NCBI GenBank assembly: GCA_013265495.1
Contig: MU058636.1
Span: 2,108,001 to 2,172,000, forward strand
Direction of reading: 5' to 3'
Length of the DNA: 64,000 bases
Source: Vicugna vicugna
Taxonomy: Eukaryota
The notes beneath the pieces are model-generated. The model was given only the letters and a program-made list of their open reading frames with translations. It did not search any database and had not been told where the DNA came from. Below, one piece after another: positions 24,153 through 36,640 of the stretch (position 1 is its first letter; every line of letters starts with the position of its first letter). The position numbers and the translations under genes were made by a program.

Positions 24153-27100
24153 CTGTAAAATAAGAATAAAGAACCTGAGTCCGCAGGAAAATCAGCCTGC
24201 TCCTGAAACGGTATCTCATCACGAGATCCCCAAAGATCTTAAGAACGGTTCCCACACGAATTCTTTGGGTGTCAGCAGTAAAAGGGGGGAGTTTGTCTTT
24301 TTATTTTAGGGGAACTGAGCAGAAACAGCAGGTAGGAACCAACCAAGTTTGTTCCATCAGAAGTGAGGCAGGAAATGCAAAACAGGATGTAATGAGGATG
24401 TACGTTTTCCGTATTTGCCCAGAGCTGCTCTTCAGAGTGGCATGCTTCCATTCCTTGTCACGTCCAGGACTCCTCCTGGCGCGTGGGCAAAACAGGGAAG
24501 TCGTGTAAGAGGAGTTTATACTAAAAACCATACGTGCTTTTACAGCCACTTATTTAAATGAGCTGTGAACAAGTGAGAACAGGACGTCCCAGGTCCACAC
24601 TAGGGGACTTCAGTCCTGACAGTCAACCCTTTAATCCTCAACTTTTTCAGTAAAAAACCCACTGACGTCCTGAATGTCCTGCAGCTGGACTGACCGTCTC
24701 CTCCCGCTACTGGTCCATCGCCTTCCCTGTTCTTGGCTGGTACTGAGGGGCAGAGAGGAGTCGGTTCACTTTCTCAGGGCTCCTTTGATGGTAATTGTTT
24801 TACTCAGACATAAAAGAGCAAGATTTCTTCTGAAAATGTGGACAGCGAATCTGGAAGAATTGCCAGATTCCCGAGCAGGGGCAGCGTCAGGAAAATCATT
24901 TTTAAATCAAATTTACTCTCAACATGAACCATTTTCTTAAAAGTGACTGCATCATTTGAAGTCCTTTTCTCCAAGGTCAGTTTCTGGCTAACCTGCATGT
25001 CCGTCTTCTCAGTGCGTCTGGCCGCACCTGGTGAGCTCTCCTCCTCAGCTTTCTACACCTGGACAATCACTGAGCCTCTCCACTCAGCGTTCCTTAGTCT
25101 CCCTTTGGACCATTTCACCAGAGGATTTTAGAAAATCATTGGTTACTGGCCCTGAACTGGCCTGCTCTCAGACCCCTCCCATTGCTAGTTGCTAGTGGCG
25201 CATCTGTATTTAAGTAAAGAATTGGGGCCAACATTTTACAAAGTACTTTGAAGATGAAAAGCGCTATGTTATGCTATTATTATTATTATCCTTTGCACAC
25301 AAAGCTATAAAGAAACCTTTAAACCTTAAGGGGACAATAGTCCAAAATTAGACATCATATCAACTCTTTCCTAAATCCCACTTTGCTTGTTTTTCTGATT
25401 TTTCTGGGCTTTGGCTTTATTATAAAGTGTCACGTCTGAAGAAATGCCAAAGTATTCATCTGAAACCTGGGAGCGGGGAGTGGCTTACGATGTGGTCAAT
25501 AACGGGAGAGAGAGGAGGCCCATGGTGGGTTTCCTGCTTTTAAAATGAAACTCTAAGAATGTTCCAGAAAATGCAGAAGCAGCTGACCGTCATTTTTAAC
25601 ATAAAAACAAGGTGTCAGAAATCGCCCCCTCTAGTTCAGCGTCTTTTTACACTTGGGACGCTTTCCAAGCACGAGGAGTAAGACATCGGCCATCAGCTTC
25701 TACACAGATACTCAGGCAGAAGCACTGTGCGCGAGCTGCTCCCCAGTCATGTCTGCAAAGACCACGGACTTCCACTTGCGAAGTCTCATCCTGGTGGCTA
25801 GAACCCAGGCAGGCCCAAGTAACACCACAGAGAGCGTGGAGAGAGTTCCTATTTACTTTAGTGATTTGAAACTTCCTGTGGAAATAGCTCACAGGTTTCC
25901 TGATGGAAGATTTTGTTTATCTTTGCCAAGCACCACCAGGAATCTCAAAATAAAATGCATTTAGTGACATTGGGAAACCAGGGAGATAAGGCAGTGCTGT
26001 TCCTGTTTCACCCTCAGTAATTGCTAACACACCCATGGTCATGCTGAGTGCCAGCAAAACAACAAAAGCACACACGCTGGAAAAGAAAAGAACCCAGAAC
26101 CCGGTAGATTTCTCACATAGGGGACACTGTTCAGTGGCGAATTTGGTTTATGTTGTCAGACAGCTCTTAGAATGATGACGCGTTTCTCAGCATAGACCCT
26201 CTGCTATTCTTTTTTGATCCATGGAAGATGATAAAATGTCCTAAACTAGTTAATGAATCCAGAGGGATTTTTTTCCCTTAATTTACGTAGGTTTTTTGTT
26301 TTTTTTTTCCCTGAGTACTAAAACAGACCCAAGAAAGAATTGCCTTCTAACTCTCAGAGTGAAAACAAGAAATGTTCCCACACTTCAGGAGCTGATGTCA
26401 ATCAGCAGACACTCAGCCGTCTGACACAAATCACGTCTTGGAAGGTGCCGTGGAGAGGAGTCAACCCTTGCTCAGGAGAGACATTCCACTGAAGGTTAGG
26501 TGAAATCTGTTTACAAAGGGGCACATTTGGGGGTGAACATTTTGACTTGACTGGATCCAATGTGTGAATTGAGCTCATGAAAGAGACAAGCAAAGAAATG
26601 AAAAGAATGAAAGTTATCTCATTTGTCGGGTAGAAATAAGGTTTTACTTGTACTGAAGAATAGAAATAGCATTCTCGAAAAAGACAGTGAGGGGTTACTA
26701 GGAACTGTTGCTGGCTGCAAACAGATTCTATGTACCAGTGAACCGCAAAGTCTGGAGAAGCAGCAGGCAAGGATGTGAATGGCCAGAGTGAACTAGTTTG
26801 CATCAATTTGGAAGGCAGCTCTGTTATTGTTTCTTAAGGAAGGGGCAACGTAATTGAAATGAGGATCAATAAAGATCCAAATTTAGATTTTTTGATTTAG
26901 AGTAGTTACATTGTAGACACATCTTTCAAAACAGTAACTGTACTAGGTCAAGTATAAACATGGAACAAACATACATTCATTTTTCAGAAGACAGTCATGG
27001 AAGGTGCAACAGCCCTAATCTCTAGTGAGAATAAATCTCATGACAGAGATTAAGAAAGAGAGAATAGTTTTAGAAATAATCAATGTAAGTAAATTACTCT

Positions 27101-28544
27101 ATTGTGACCAAACCAAACTAGAATCTTTCAAAACTGGTAGCAAGAATTCTGTTCCAGGCTGTGGGGCTTGAATGGATGAATTTGTGCTTGGTTTTAATAT
27201 GAAAACTCTTACATTTCTAGAGGAAAAGTGTTGGGAGCTTCAAGTTAGATATGTTGGAATAGAGTTCTCATCGCTCCTTTCAGGAGGATCTAGAAAAGGT
27301 TCCCACCGTCGCACGGTTATAAACAGTATCAGGTGGTGGGAGGTGGTTTCTGTCTGAATTCAGCAGGTGATCAGCTTTTCCACTGGGGTCCTTTGGGCAG
27401 CAGTACTGTGCACAGATATCGGACACAGCATTGAAGAACTCAGGGGTACAGGTAGGCTAGATGGTGCTGCCGTTAACACTGGCCTCGACACCCCTTTCTT
27501 GGGATCTCTGAACAATAAGGAAAAGAGCATGACACCCCCTCCTCTCAGTACATCCGCTGCCAGTACCGCCTTCAGACCCAGTCAAGAGGGCTCTCTGTGC
27601 TGGCTGTATCCCTCCACAATGTAGAGTCTGCGGGGCCAAGTGAGCATGCCCACCCAGAGCCCTACCTCTATTTCTTCATCTTCCTTCTGCAAAGATGTCT
27701 CTGAGTCTGCTTCCTGACTGTCTCAGGCCTCTCCCCTCTTTGCTCAGTCTGCCCTCCTGAGGTCAGCCTTGCACCCTCCTATGGCCCAGGGAGACTGACT
27801 GTACGGACCAGGAGGTGTGGGCAGAGTTGGATGTGTGGGCTGGGGACCGTCCACCTGGGTACATGGCCGCTTGCCACAGGGGCTGAGCCAGGAGCCAAAG
27901 GAGAAGACGGGTGGGCTCTCCCTGCACCTCTAGGCATTGCCACCATCTGCTCCGAGCAGTCCCAGAATTCTACATTTGGACCTGACCTTTCAGGTCATCA
28001 TGAAAGTCTGTTTGTCCACTGGAGGCTAAAACATATTTAACAGCTTGTTTGCTTGACAGAACTCGCAAGTAGTTAATCGCTATTACGACAAACCCAAATC
28101 CTTTGATAATTTAATAATAGGTCCAGTTTTTAAGTTGCTCTTAGGCTCTCAAGAGCCTGAAGGGTAAAATGATTTCTTACAAATCCACAAACTTCAATGA
28201 ATACTTAAAAATATCTAATGACTGCAGGTTTTCAGTGTTTTTGCTGAAAGAAAATGATCTATACTAAAATGTTGTATGATAGTACTCTTTGAAAAGAAGA
28301 AATAATATACTTCTGTTTGGGGATTCATTCACATTGGAAAATTAGTAATTAAAACAGAAGCAGTCATCTAACAGCTAAAGCTAGACATACAGCTCACAGG
28401 CCTCCGGGGGCGCTCTCGCCTCGGCTCTGACAGTGTCAGGACAAGGCTGTCCTCTATCTACCTGTTGAAGTTCTAACCCCTCAGGACCACCTTGAGTCCA
28501 GGACTACCTTGAGCCCGGCTTCCTTCTCAGAGGCTCAGAGCAAC

Positions 28545-28828
28545 ACTGTACAGAACAGGGCATCGAGTGGCTGCTGAGCACTGAAAATGTGGCCAGTGTG
28601 ACTAAACTCAATCTTATTCAATTAATTTTATTTCAATTCAGTTTTTAAAATGGAAGCAGTGTGATATTTTAAAAAAAAATACCTATTACATGTTAAAATG
28701 ATAGTACTTTGGATAGACTAGGTTAAATCAAATTAATTTCACCTTTTCCCTTTTACATTTAAAAGAAATGGTTACTAGACAATTTTAAGTCATGTATGTG
28801 GCCGACACGATATTGGAAGGTGTGGGCT
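28545..28828. mobile_element. MER33/MER3-like hAT DNA transposon remnant
   Basis: gtggctgctgagcactgaaaatgtggccagtg...ggttaaatcaaattaatttcacc...tatgtggcc...tattgga. Confidence 0.55.
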
Positions 28829-30274
28829 GAGCTTTGGTAAATTCATCTATCTTATTACTCCTGCTCATTTCTTTCTTTGGATAGTAGGATACACGAAACG
28901 TTTCTTTGTTTCTGTGGTGTCAGAACTGTCTTCCTAGATAGACAGGCCTCCTGGCATCGCTTCGCGAGCTCAGCGCGGAGCTGAGCCGCGCTGTTTCACA
29001 GCTGGCGCTTGCTCAGCGCAGCGACGCGGCCGGGTGTGCAGAACAGGCACGGCTCCGTCTTTGGTACTCCACGCCACGCAGACGGCGGCCGTGAGTGGTA
29101 ACTTGTTTCCAACCAAATACAAAGCACAGTACAAACCTTTGGACCTAATTAGTCCCAATCATCTGCGATTGATTAGAGAATCAATGTGTGAAAGGGCTCT
29201 GAATCCTCCTCTAAACAGAGGGCTGTCCTACACGGCACGGGTGTCAGCGTGACTTTCCCTCCACCTCTGGAGCGTGGGAGGACAGGGACGGCTTGGTTTT
29301 CATTTCAGAGGCCCTGCTGTGTGCCACTGCTCCTCCCCACATCCCACTGCCTCGTCTGGAAACTGCAGGCCGTGTGGCCCAGCAGCCCCTGATGCCTGCC
29401 CTGGCTCTGATGGTCTGCGAGGGCCTGTTCAAGGCTCTCTCCCGTGGACGGCTTCCCTGAGGGCTGGTGAACTTGCCAGAAGTCTCCCTGTAATCTGGCA
29501 GCCCACGCTTCTCATGAAATCGGACCGACCTATTTCTCTCTGGAGAACTCAAGGCAACTGCTAGGGCCTGCCTCACACAGGGCGAAGTTTCCAGAGAGCT
29601 GGCAGCCTGCCCAGGTTTCCTCAGAAAACTGGGGGAGTGTGGAGCCAGGCAATTGTTTTCATACTTTGAGCTCTTCCTTCCTTCCTGTACCTGGAGGGAC
29701 ACAGGGAGTGCCACTTGTGTGCCTTGGAAATTTTCAGATTTGCAGACACCATCATCTTTTAAGGTGAAAGATTCTGAAATGCTACCAAAAAGTAGCACGT
29801 GAATAATTGTCAGTGAAGGTCAGTTTCAGATTTCTTTAGGAAAGCCTCATTTCCCCCAAAATCACTGAAGTTGTAAAACAGTTCGCTTCTTGGGTTAAAA
29901 AAAATGTCATCACACATATTATAACTAGTTTCCTTGATTATTATTAAACAACCTCTGTGTGCTGGGCCCTGTGCGAGGTACTGAAGGGGGTTCAAAAATG
30001 CATATGACAAGATCCCAGATTCACAGCCCAGCCAGGGAAGGAGACAGACACAAATAGCTCGACAGGAGAATTCAGGGAAATACCTCTTTAGGAGACCCAG
30101 TGATGGAGAAACTGTTCCTGAGAGCAAGGATGAAGGCACTCAAAGTTGAACAATTCTATGGAAAACTTTTTTTTTAAATTAAAATCACTCAAGTGCACTC
30201 AGAGAAAAACACAAGATGTGAAGAGAGACTGAGATCACCAGGCTGTTTTTGTGAGTATAGGGTATGTGGCTTAC

Positions 30275-30383
30275 CTGTGACATAAAAGCTTATGTTTCTT
30301 TCCACAGTCCCTACTTTATTAGAAGCCATGCAACTGTAGATTCCAGAAATTCTAGCATCAGCCACAACCAAGGTGCTAGCCGT
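30275..30383 (-). CDS. FLT1: FLT1 exon 12 (109 bp), Ig-like domain 5
   Basis: ttttgcag|ACGGCT...GTCACAG|gtaagc; TASTLVVADARISGIYSCMASNKVGTVERNISFYVT. Confidence 0.97.
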
Positions 30384-30427
30384 CTGCAAAAGAAAAGTCA
30401 ACTTTAGCAACCAGGCAAAGAACCATT

Positions 30428-30979
30428 TATAGATGCATCCCAGTGGTCACAGCAGCACTGTTTACAAAAGCCAAGACATGGAAGCAACCTAAATGTCCAT
30501 CGACAGATGCTTGGATAGAGATGTAGTATATATACAATGGAATACTACTCAGCCATAAAAAATGAAATAATGCCATTTGCAGGAACATGGACGGACCTAG
30601 AGATCATCATATTAAGTCACTCAAAGACAAATATCACATGATATCACCTATATGTGGAATCTTAAAAAAAATTATACAAATGAACTTACTTACAAAACAA
30701 ATAGGCTCACAGACATAGAAAATAAACTGTGTTACCAAAGGGGAAAAGGGTGGAGGAGGAATAAACTAGGAATTTGGGATTAACTGATACACACGACTAT
30801 ATATAAAAGAAACGAGAACCTACTATATAGTATTGGGAATTACATTCAATAGCTTGTAATAACCTATAATGGAAACAAATCTGAAAAAGTGTGTGTGTGT
30901 GTGTGTGTAATCACTTTGCTGTATACCTGAAACCAACACAACATTGTAAAGCAATGAAATTGAAAAAAAAAGAAAACGA
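30428..30979 (+). mobile_element. L1 3' fragment (~550 bp) ~45 nt from the exon 12 acceptor
   Basis: gcagcactgtttaca...ggaagcaacctaaatgtccatcgacagatg...3'UTR and A-tail; TSD caaagaacca (30416/30980). Confidence 0.88.
30889..30908. repeat. (GT)10 microsatellite within L1 3'UTR
   Basis: Read directly. Confidence 0.9.
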
Positions 30980-31654
30980 CAAAGAACCACTGGAACAGCC
31001 ATCAAGTCCTTCTGAGGGGAAAGGAGTCGACTGTGCCATCACTCAACAAAGGTAGCATTGCAGTTGGGGTGGTTCCCAGAAACTCTCTTCGCCGAGCCCC
31101 AGCAGGAATGGAAAAATAACAGGAAAGCGGGTCCTCAGGAGACCGGGGGCTACAACATCCGACTCATTCGAGGGCTTCAGGCTTATTTATCTGGTGCTGC
31201 TGGCGTAACAATTACCAACCTGAGGCTGAGCTGCAGGCCGGCACGTCCTACTCTAACAAGGTGGTCAGCTCCTCGTCAGGGAGAGGGCAGGTGAGGCCCA
31301 GGTCTGCCCTTCTGCTGGGAGGACCCGCAATCGTGGACACCACGTGGCAAGAGGAGACTCTTTGCTGTTTGGTTCTGTGACGGGTGTGCTAAGTGAGCAA
31401 GGACCGAGAAGGGCAGACAGCTCCCTAAGACCCTTGCGTGTGTTTGTAGGTTAGAGTCTCTCAGCCTGTCCATTCCTGCTCTACAAAAGGAAGCTATACG
31501 TTATCAATTAACAATATCGTTTTACTAGATTTTAGTGCTGCTGTTTGGCAAATGAGCTCTCACAGAAACACAAGTCATCAAAAATGGGTGACCTTGAAAA
31601 CACTTTCCAAGCTGTGATGTTGCAAAAAGTGATGTCTCCAAAAAAAAAAAAAAA

Positions 31655-31781
31655 GGGGGGGGGGCAGGAATAGCTCAGTGGTAGAGCACGTTCTCAGCAT
31701 GCATGAGGTCCTGGGTTCAACCCCCAGTACCTCCATTAAAAAATAAACCTAATTACCTCACCCCCCCAAAAAATACAAAAA
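31655..31781 (+). mobile_element. Vic-1-like SINE
   Basis: tagctcagtggtagagc...gggttcaacccccagtacctccattaaaaaataaacctaattacctc. Confidence 0.88.
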
Positions 31782-32770
31782 GTACATTAAAAAGTAATAA
31801 GACATGAATTTATACAGCTTAGACTGCCCTTGCTGTCTCCGTTTAAAGATAAAGATTAGCAGTATGAAATGTTGAGAATTAAAAAATTTAACCCAATTGT
31901 GCAAAAGAGGGAATGCGTGCTATATATGAAAAAAAAAGCTAGTTAAGTTTTTCATATTTAAAATAACAACAAAAAAGTTTGCTCTAGTTATTTATAAATC
32001 ATTGCAGCCTGTCTCCTCAGACACACAAAACTGGTCACAAACTCTGCAATTGTAGACCAGCGAGTGTCCGAGCTGGAGTGTGACGACCCAGAGACTCACG
32101 GGCTAAAGTCACACAGAGGCTGAAATGTGACGACAGACTTTCTAAGACGGTAACACAAATTCTACAAGAGGTCGTAACCCTTTGCTGAGTTGCTAAGCAA
32201 TGTGGTGGGTACTTTGTGTTCTCGTATCCCTTCCAATAAATTAAGGCATTTCTGTCAGGAAGACTAAAAAATACATGCCTGTTTGTTTTAGCCAGCAAGT
32301 TCACTGCTCCCAATTCTCTGTAGTTTTCACTACAGTAAGTATTTCATGATGATTCCTCTTCTGTTTGTTGGATGTTCAATTACATCTACTGACCTAGCCT
32401 CTGTGTATTATTGAAAGGATGGGAAGTGAAAGTGTCTGCCTTGGGTGGCATTTTTCATTCAACTTTGCAGACATTTATTGTTTGTGAAGGCACTGTCCAG
32501 ATGACATGAGGGAGAGGGAGGTTAATCTGATGCAAACCCTATTCTTAACCTCAAAGGACTACTTTAAGGCAACGGGGAAGAATGTCCCTACTTGAAGGTC
32601 AGGTGTATATTATTCTCTCTTTGTCAGAGAAACACTCTCACGAAGACAGATAACCAGTGGAGGAGAGTATGGGGTGAGCTCAGGTGTCTCGTTCTCTATC
32701 TTGATTATTAATCTTGACAAGAGGTGGGCAGTAACAAAGTCTGGACAGCTGTTCCTTTTAATGACTACAT

Positions 32771-32851
32771 CTACCACTTCAGAGTCATGGATGAGACGTT
32801 AAAGTAGCTGGAAGAGGAGCTTGTAGGTGGCAGTGAGAACGGAAGTATTAG
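32771..32851 (-). CDS. FLT1: Putative alternative terminal exon in intron 11 (homologue of the human FLT1 isoform-4 last exon)
   Basis: Branch-like CTTAC/CTGAT, pyrimidine tract, first AG at 32853-32852; in frame with exon 11: LILPFSLPPTSSSSSYFNVSSMTLKW*; ATTAAA at 32762-32757. Confidence 0.5.
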   Translation of the reverse strand, partial: LILPFSLPPTSSSSSYFNVSSMTLKW

Positions 32852-32901
32852 CTGGTGGCGGCCGGAAGGACAAGAGAGACATCAGGTAAGACTGACTCCT
32901 G

Positions 32902-33157
32902 CTTACGGTTACCAGGGGTGGGGACGGATAAACGGGGAGTTTGAGATTTGAAGATATTAACTACTATATATAAAATAGATAAACAACAAGTTTCTACCAT
33001 ACAGCACAGGGAACTATATTCAATATCTTGTACTAACCTATAGTGAAAAAGCCTATGGAAGCAAATATATGCATGTATATGCATGACTGAACTGTTATGC
33101 TGTACACCAGAAATTAATGACATTGTAAACTGACTACACTTCAGCTAAAAAAAAAAA
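32902..33157 (+). mobile_element. L1 3' end
   Basis: cttacggttaccagggg...agcacagggaactatattcaatatcttg...A-tail. Confidence 0.85.
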
Positions 33158-35392
33158 GTTTTTTTTTAGTATTTTACACAAGCTGCAAGCTATTTTCCAA
33201 ATGATAGTGTAATATGGTTTTAAAATATGATTGATAATGCAAAAGTTGTAAATAAGGAAAATTTAGGAATAAGATGGAACTTATAACCTGTGATCAACAT
33301 TAAAATTTATCTTCTAGAGGATATTTAAGTTATAAATCAAAAGCACATTTTCATGAAAAACAAAAGATTATATGACAACTGATGCACAGATTCTATAGAG
33401 GCAGAAAAGGAGGTCAGGTGTGAACTGCAGGTCAGTGTAGTTTGGACCGAAGACAACTTTTTTTACAGGACAGAGGTTTTCTGAGTTAAGGGGACAAATC
33501 TGATCGCCAGTGCTCGTAACCAAATACTGTTTCAAGAGGGGAAAAAAATGGAGAGAGTAAAACAGTTGGAACACTAAATATCACTTGAGAAAGTATTTCA
33601 GACTCAAGATTGAGTTGCAGAATGTGTTTGAAATTAAAATCATACGTTATAAGGGATACCGAAATAAGTTCTCAAGGATGTCTGCTCGTGTTAGTTCTAT
33701 AATTAGTTTCCGTTTGCCACAATGTTCTTAGTTCCGAACCTACACTTTGGATGCCTCTACTGGCCCGGCCAGGACTGCAAGGATTAAGATATTAGCAACA
33801 GACCCTTAAAATCCATCCTCTGGGTCTTTTTGTATGGCCCAGGAACGCTGATGACAACTGTCGTCAGGTCCTGTAAATCTGGAAGTTATTCATACTCCTT
33901 CCTTCCTTCCCTTTCGCTAACCCAGTGATTCACTACTACAATGTGGTTGGAACCTCACGGAATAGAATGAATGGGATGCTGTGTGTAATTCAGCCTAATT
34001 TCCAGCACTAGCTTTTTAAAAAAATCTATATATGGAACAGTGATTTTAATCTCGGGATGCTTCTAATACAGTTTCCTTTTAAATGTTTCAGGGAGAAATA
34101 AAAGCAGATACGTAAAGGTCATGGAAGAATCTAAAATTATCTCAGGGTGGCACATTTGGGCCAACTGATGGGAAAACAGAACGTGAGAACTAGACAAAAC
34201 TGGGTGGCGTGTGGGAAACGGAACCCAAGCTGTCGTTCTGTGACGAGGTACTCCTGCTTCTGTGATTGGACGTGTCTCTGACGGCACACACATTTCTCAA
34301 TGAAGCCTTAGAAAGATTTAAGGAATGTTGCTAAGATGTTAAATTGTCGCCATCTTCCAGCCTCACAGAATTAATGCTATAAAACGCATGTCCTGTTTTT
34401 TTTCCCCCCTCACACAGGGTTCCCTCTGCTTCCTACTCCATCTCTACAAACCAACAGTCTGGCAACTGCACCTAAACAATACCAAAGCTGCACATCTGCT
34501 AACAGCAGCTCCAACTGCTGACTCACTTTTCACAAATCTAGGCCAAAACCTGGCCATAAGGAAACTGAGTTTTATTGTCCTCGGCACCCTTCCTTGGGTT
34601 AAACAAAACAAAACACAACAGTGAGGGGAAAAATCCTGTCCCTGAAATCCAACAGGTGGTCCAGCAGGACCTCGCTCCACTGCTGGCTGGAGTGGGGCTG
34701 CCGGATGTGCTGACTACATACATGCCTGTGGGTCGAGGGGTCACTGCGCTCTAAGCTAGGATTTTAATTTGCTTTCTTAAAATGTACAGAAAATAAAAGC
34801 AGTTTTAATTGTAAAGACCAGTGCAAAGAATTCTGAGATAGCAAAACTTCCATTTGTCATTAGATTTTTTTCACACATACACAAAAATATATTTATAGAT
34901 GCTAAAAGTAAAATTAGTAAATTCTTCTAAATTTAGGACAAGTTAATAACATAGTCTAATGTTAGTTACTGATAGGATGTGTGTGTGTGTGCGTATATAC
35001 ATATACGCACACACACACAGTTTGGAAGGAGTATTCAAAGTTTTTTCAGTGCAAACAAGTCTTCATTGTATATGTTCAGCCAGTTTGGGGGACTGCAGCA
35101 GGGTATATATGACAATCTTTATAACAGGCAAATGAGGTAGGTCAGATAGGAGCTCCATTTTTCTGGAGGAGGAAACTCAGGTTCGGAGGGGTGAACTGAT
35201 TGCACGTGGTTACGCACACTAGAAAGGGCAGAGCTTAACCCACGGCTCCTGACTGCAGGCTGGACGGCACCAGGGCCAACTGTGTCTGGAGGTGCATATT
35301 TAAAACCTCTGTATAACTACAGAATTACAAGACAATAAATTTGGCTCAAGCATGCATGAAAAAAAAGCAGGTACGTTTATTTCATGCAGGGC

Positions 35393-35533
35393 TTTTTTTT
35401 TTTTTAAGCTTTTTTATGGGAGTGGGGAGGTAACTAGGTTCATTTCATTTTTTTATTAATAGGGCTACTGGGGATTGAACCCAGGACCTCATGCATGCTA
35501 AGGATGCCCTCTACCATTGAGCTATACCCTCCC
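35393..35533 (-). mobile_element. Vic-1-like SINE
   Basis: ggggattgaacccaggacctcatgcatgctaag...gagctataccctccc. Confidence 0.88.
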
Positions 35534-36187
35534 TCTCACCCAGGTTTTCTTAACTCTACTCCCATCTTTTTTTTTTTTATCTTCTTCTTTTAAATAGTTA
35601 CTCTGTATGGAATCAGGTTGCTGTTTCATGGTTCAGGCTAAGCAGAAATCTCACCTAGTCTTTTCTATTGCATATTTAGGTGCCTGGGATACCAAAATAG
35701 GACTAGAAGCTACACTTGAAATGAAGCTCTTAAATTCTTGTTTTAGTATCCGGCAGTTCACAGTGCGACCACCTGGTCTGGTCAGGAAAAGGCAAGCCTG
35801 CACTGACAAGCTCAAGGGCATCTTGGAGTTTCCTAGTACGTCGTGACCCCTCGCTTGCTTTCTACTCTGGGGCAGTTTCCTTTCTTAAGTCATGTAGTGT
35901 CACTCAAGTTAAAACTTTCAGGTTTACAGAATTTCCTCTTTAAGTATTTCATTAAGCTGCTCCCTTACCTAGAGCCACACATCATGGAGCGTTTTAGAGA
36001 AAAGGAGCTGTAAGCCACCCACAGCGATGGCTGTAGCTAAAACGACTGTTCCTAAGTGAACAAGTGACTGCCAATATTATCAGGCAGGCGATCAGCACCT
36101 TAACTAATTTCTGTATTGGCTTAGTTGGCAGAGCACTAGATTTTGGCAAAGAAAGACTTTGGTTTGAGTTTCTCATATGCCAGTTTT

Positions 36188-36350
36188 TTGTTTGTTTTTT
36201 AAATTCTCTTTGTCCATTTTATTTTATTATTATTATTTTGGTGGGGGTAGGTAATTAGGTTTACTTATTTTTAATGGAGATATTAGGGATTGAACCCAGG
36301 ACCTCTTACAGGCTAGGCATGCACTCTACCACTGAGCTACACCCTCCCCC
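36188..36350 (-). mobile_element. Vic-1-like SINE with perfect 16-bp TSD, inserted into a MIR
   Basis: TSD ctcatatgccagtttt at 36172-36187 and 36353-36368; MIR core gcctcagttttcctcatctttaaaatggagataa follows. Confidence 0.9.
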
Positions 36351-36537
36351 ACCTCATATGCCAGTTTTAAGTTGTATGACTTTGAATTAATCATCTTATT
36401 GCCTCAGTTTTCCTCATCTTTAAAATGGAGATAAACACTCTGGCCTGCCAAAGAATGATGCAGACATTAGCATAGGTCACAAAGTTTTACAGAATGAAGA
36501 ATCCAGGTGTGATTTGTTATTGTTAAGCCCTACATGG

Positions 36538-36640
36538 GTGGTGGAGGGAAAACAGCTCAGTGGCAGATCTTAGCATGCTTGAGATCCTGGGTTCAAGCGC
36601 CAGTACCTCCACTGGAAAAAAAAAAAAGCAAACAAACAAA
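36538..36640 (+). mobile_element. Vic-1-like SINE (diverged)
   Basis: cagctcagtggcag...cttagcatg...cctgggttcaag...cagtacctcc, A-tail; TSD aagccctacatgg/aagtcctacatgg. Confidence 0.8.

Noticed and set aside
28482..28515. 17-bp tandem duplication (also a 9-bp x3 repeat near 41964-41993)
   Set aside because: Ordinary slippage repeats with no spacers; not CRISPR-like
28955..29100. CpG-rich patch with 8-bp hairpin cagcgcgg/ccgcgctg
   Set aside because: Too short for a CpG island; stem length is compatible with chance
29244..29798. 184-aa minus-strand ORF, and other >100-aa ORFs at 3.3-4.4, 44.6-45.4 and 47.5-48.1 kb
   Set aside because: No recognisable homology or exon structure; expected by chance in GC-rich intron sequence
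30315..30320. AATAAA inside exon 12
   Set aside because: Explained by Asn-Lys codons; cleavage here would give a non-stop mRNA in the normal frame
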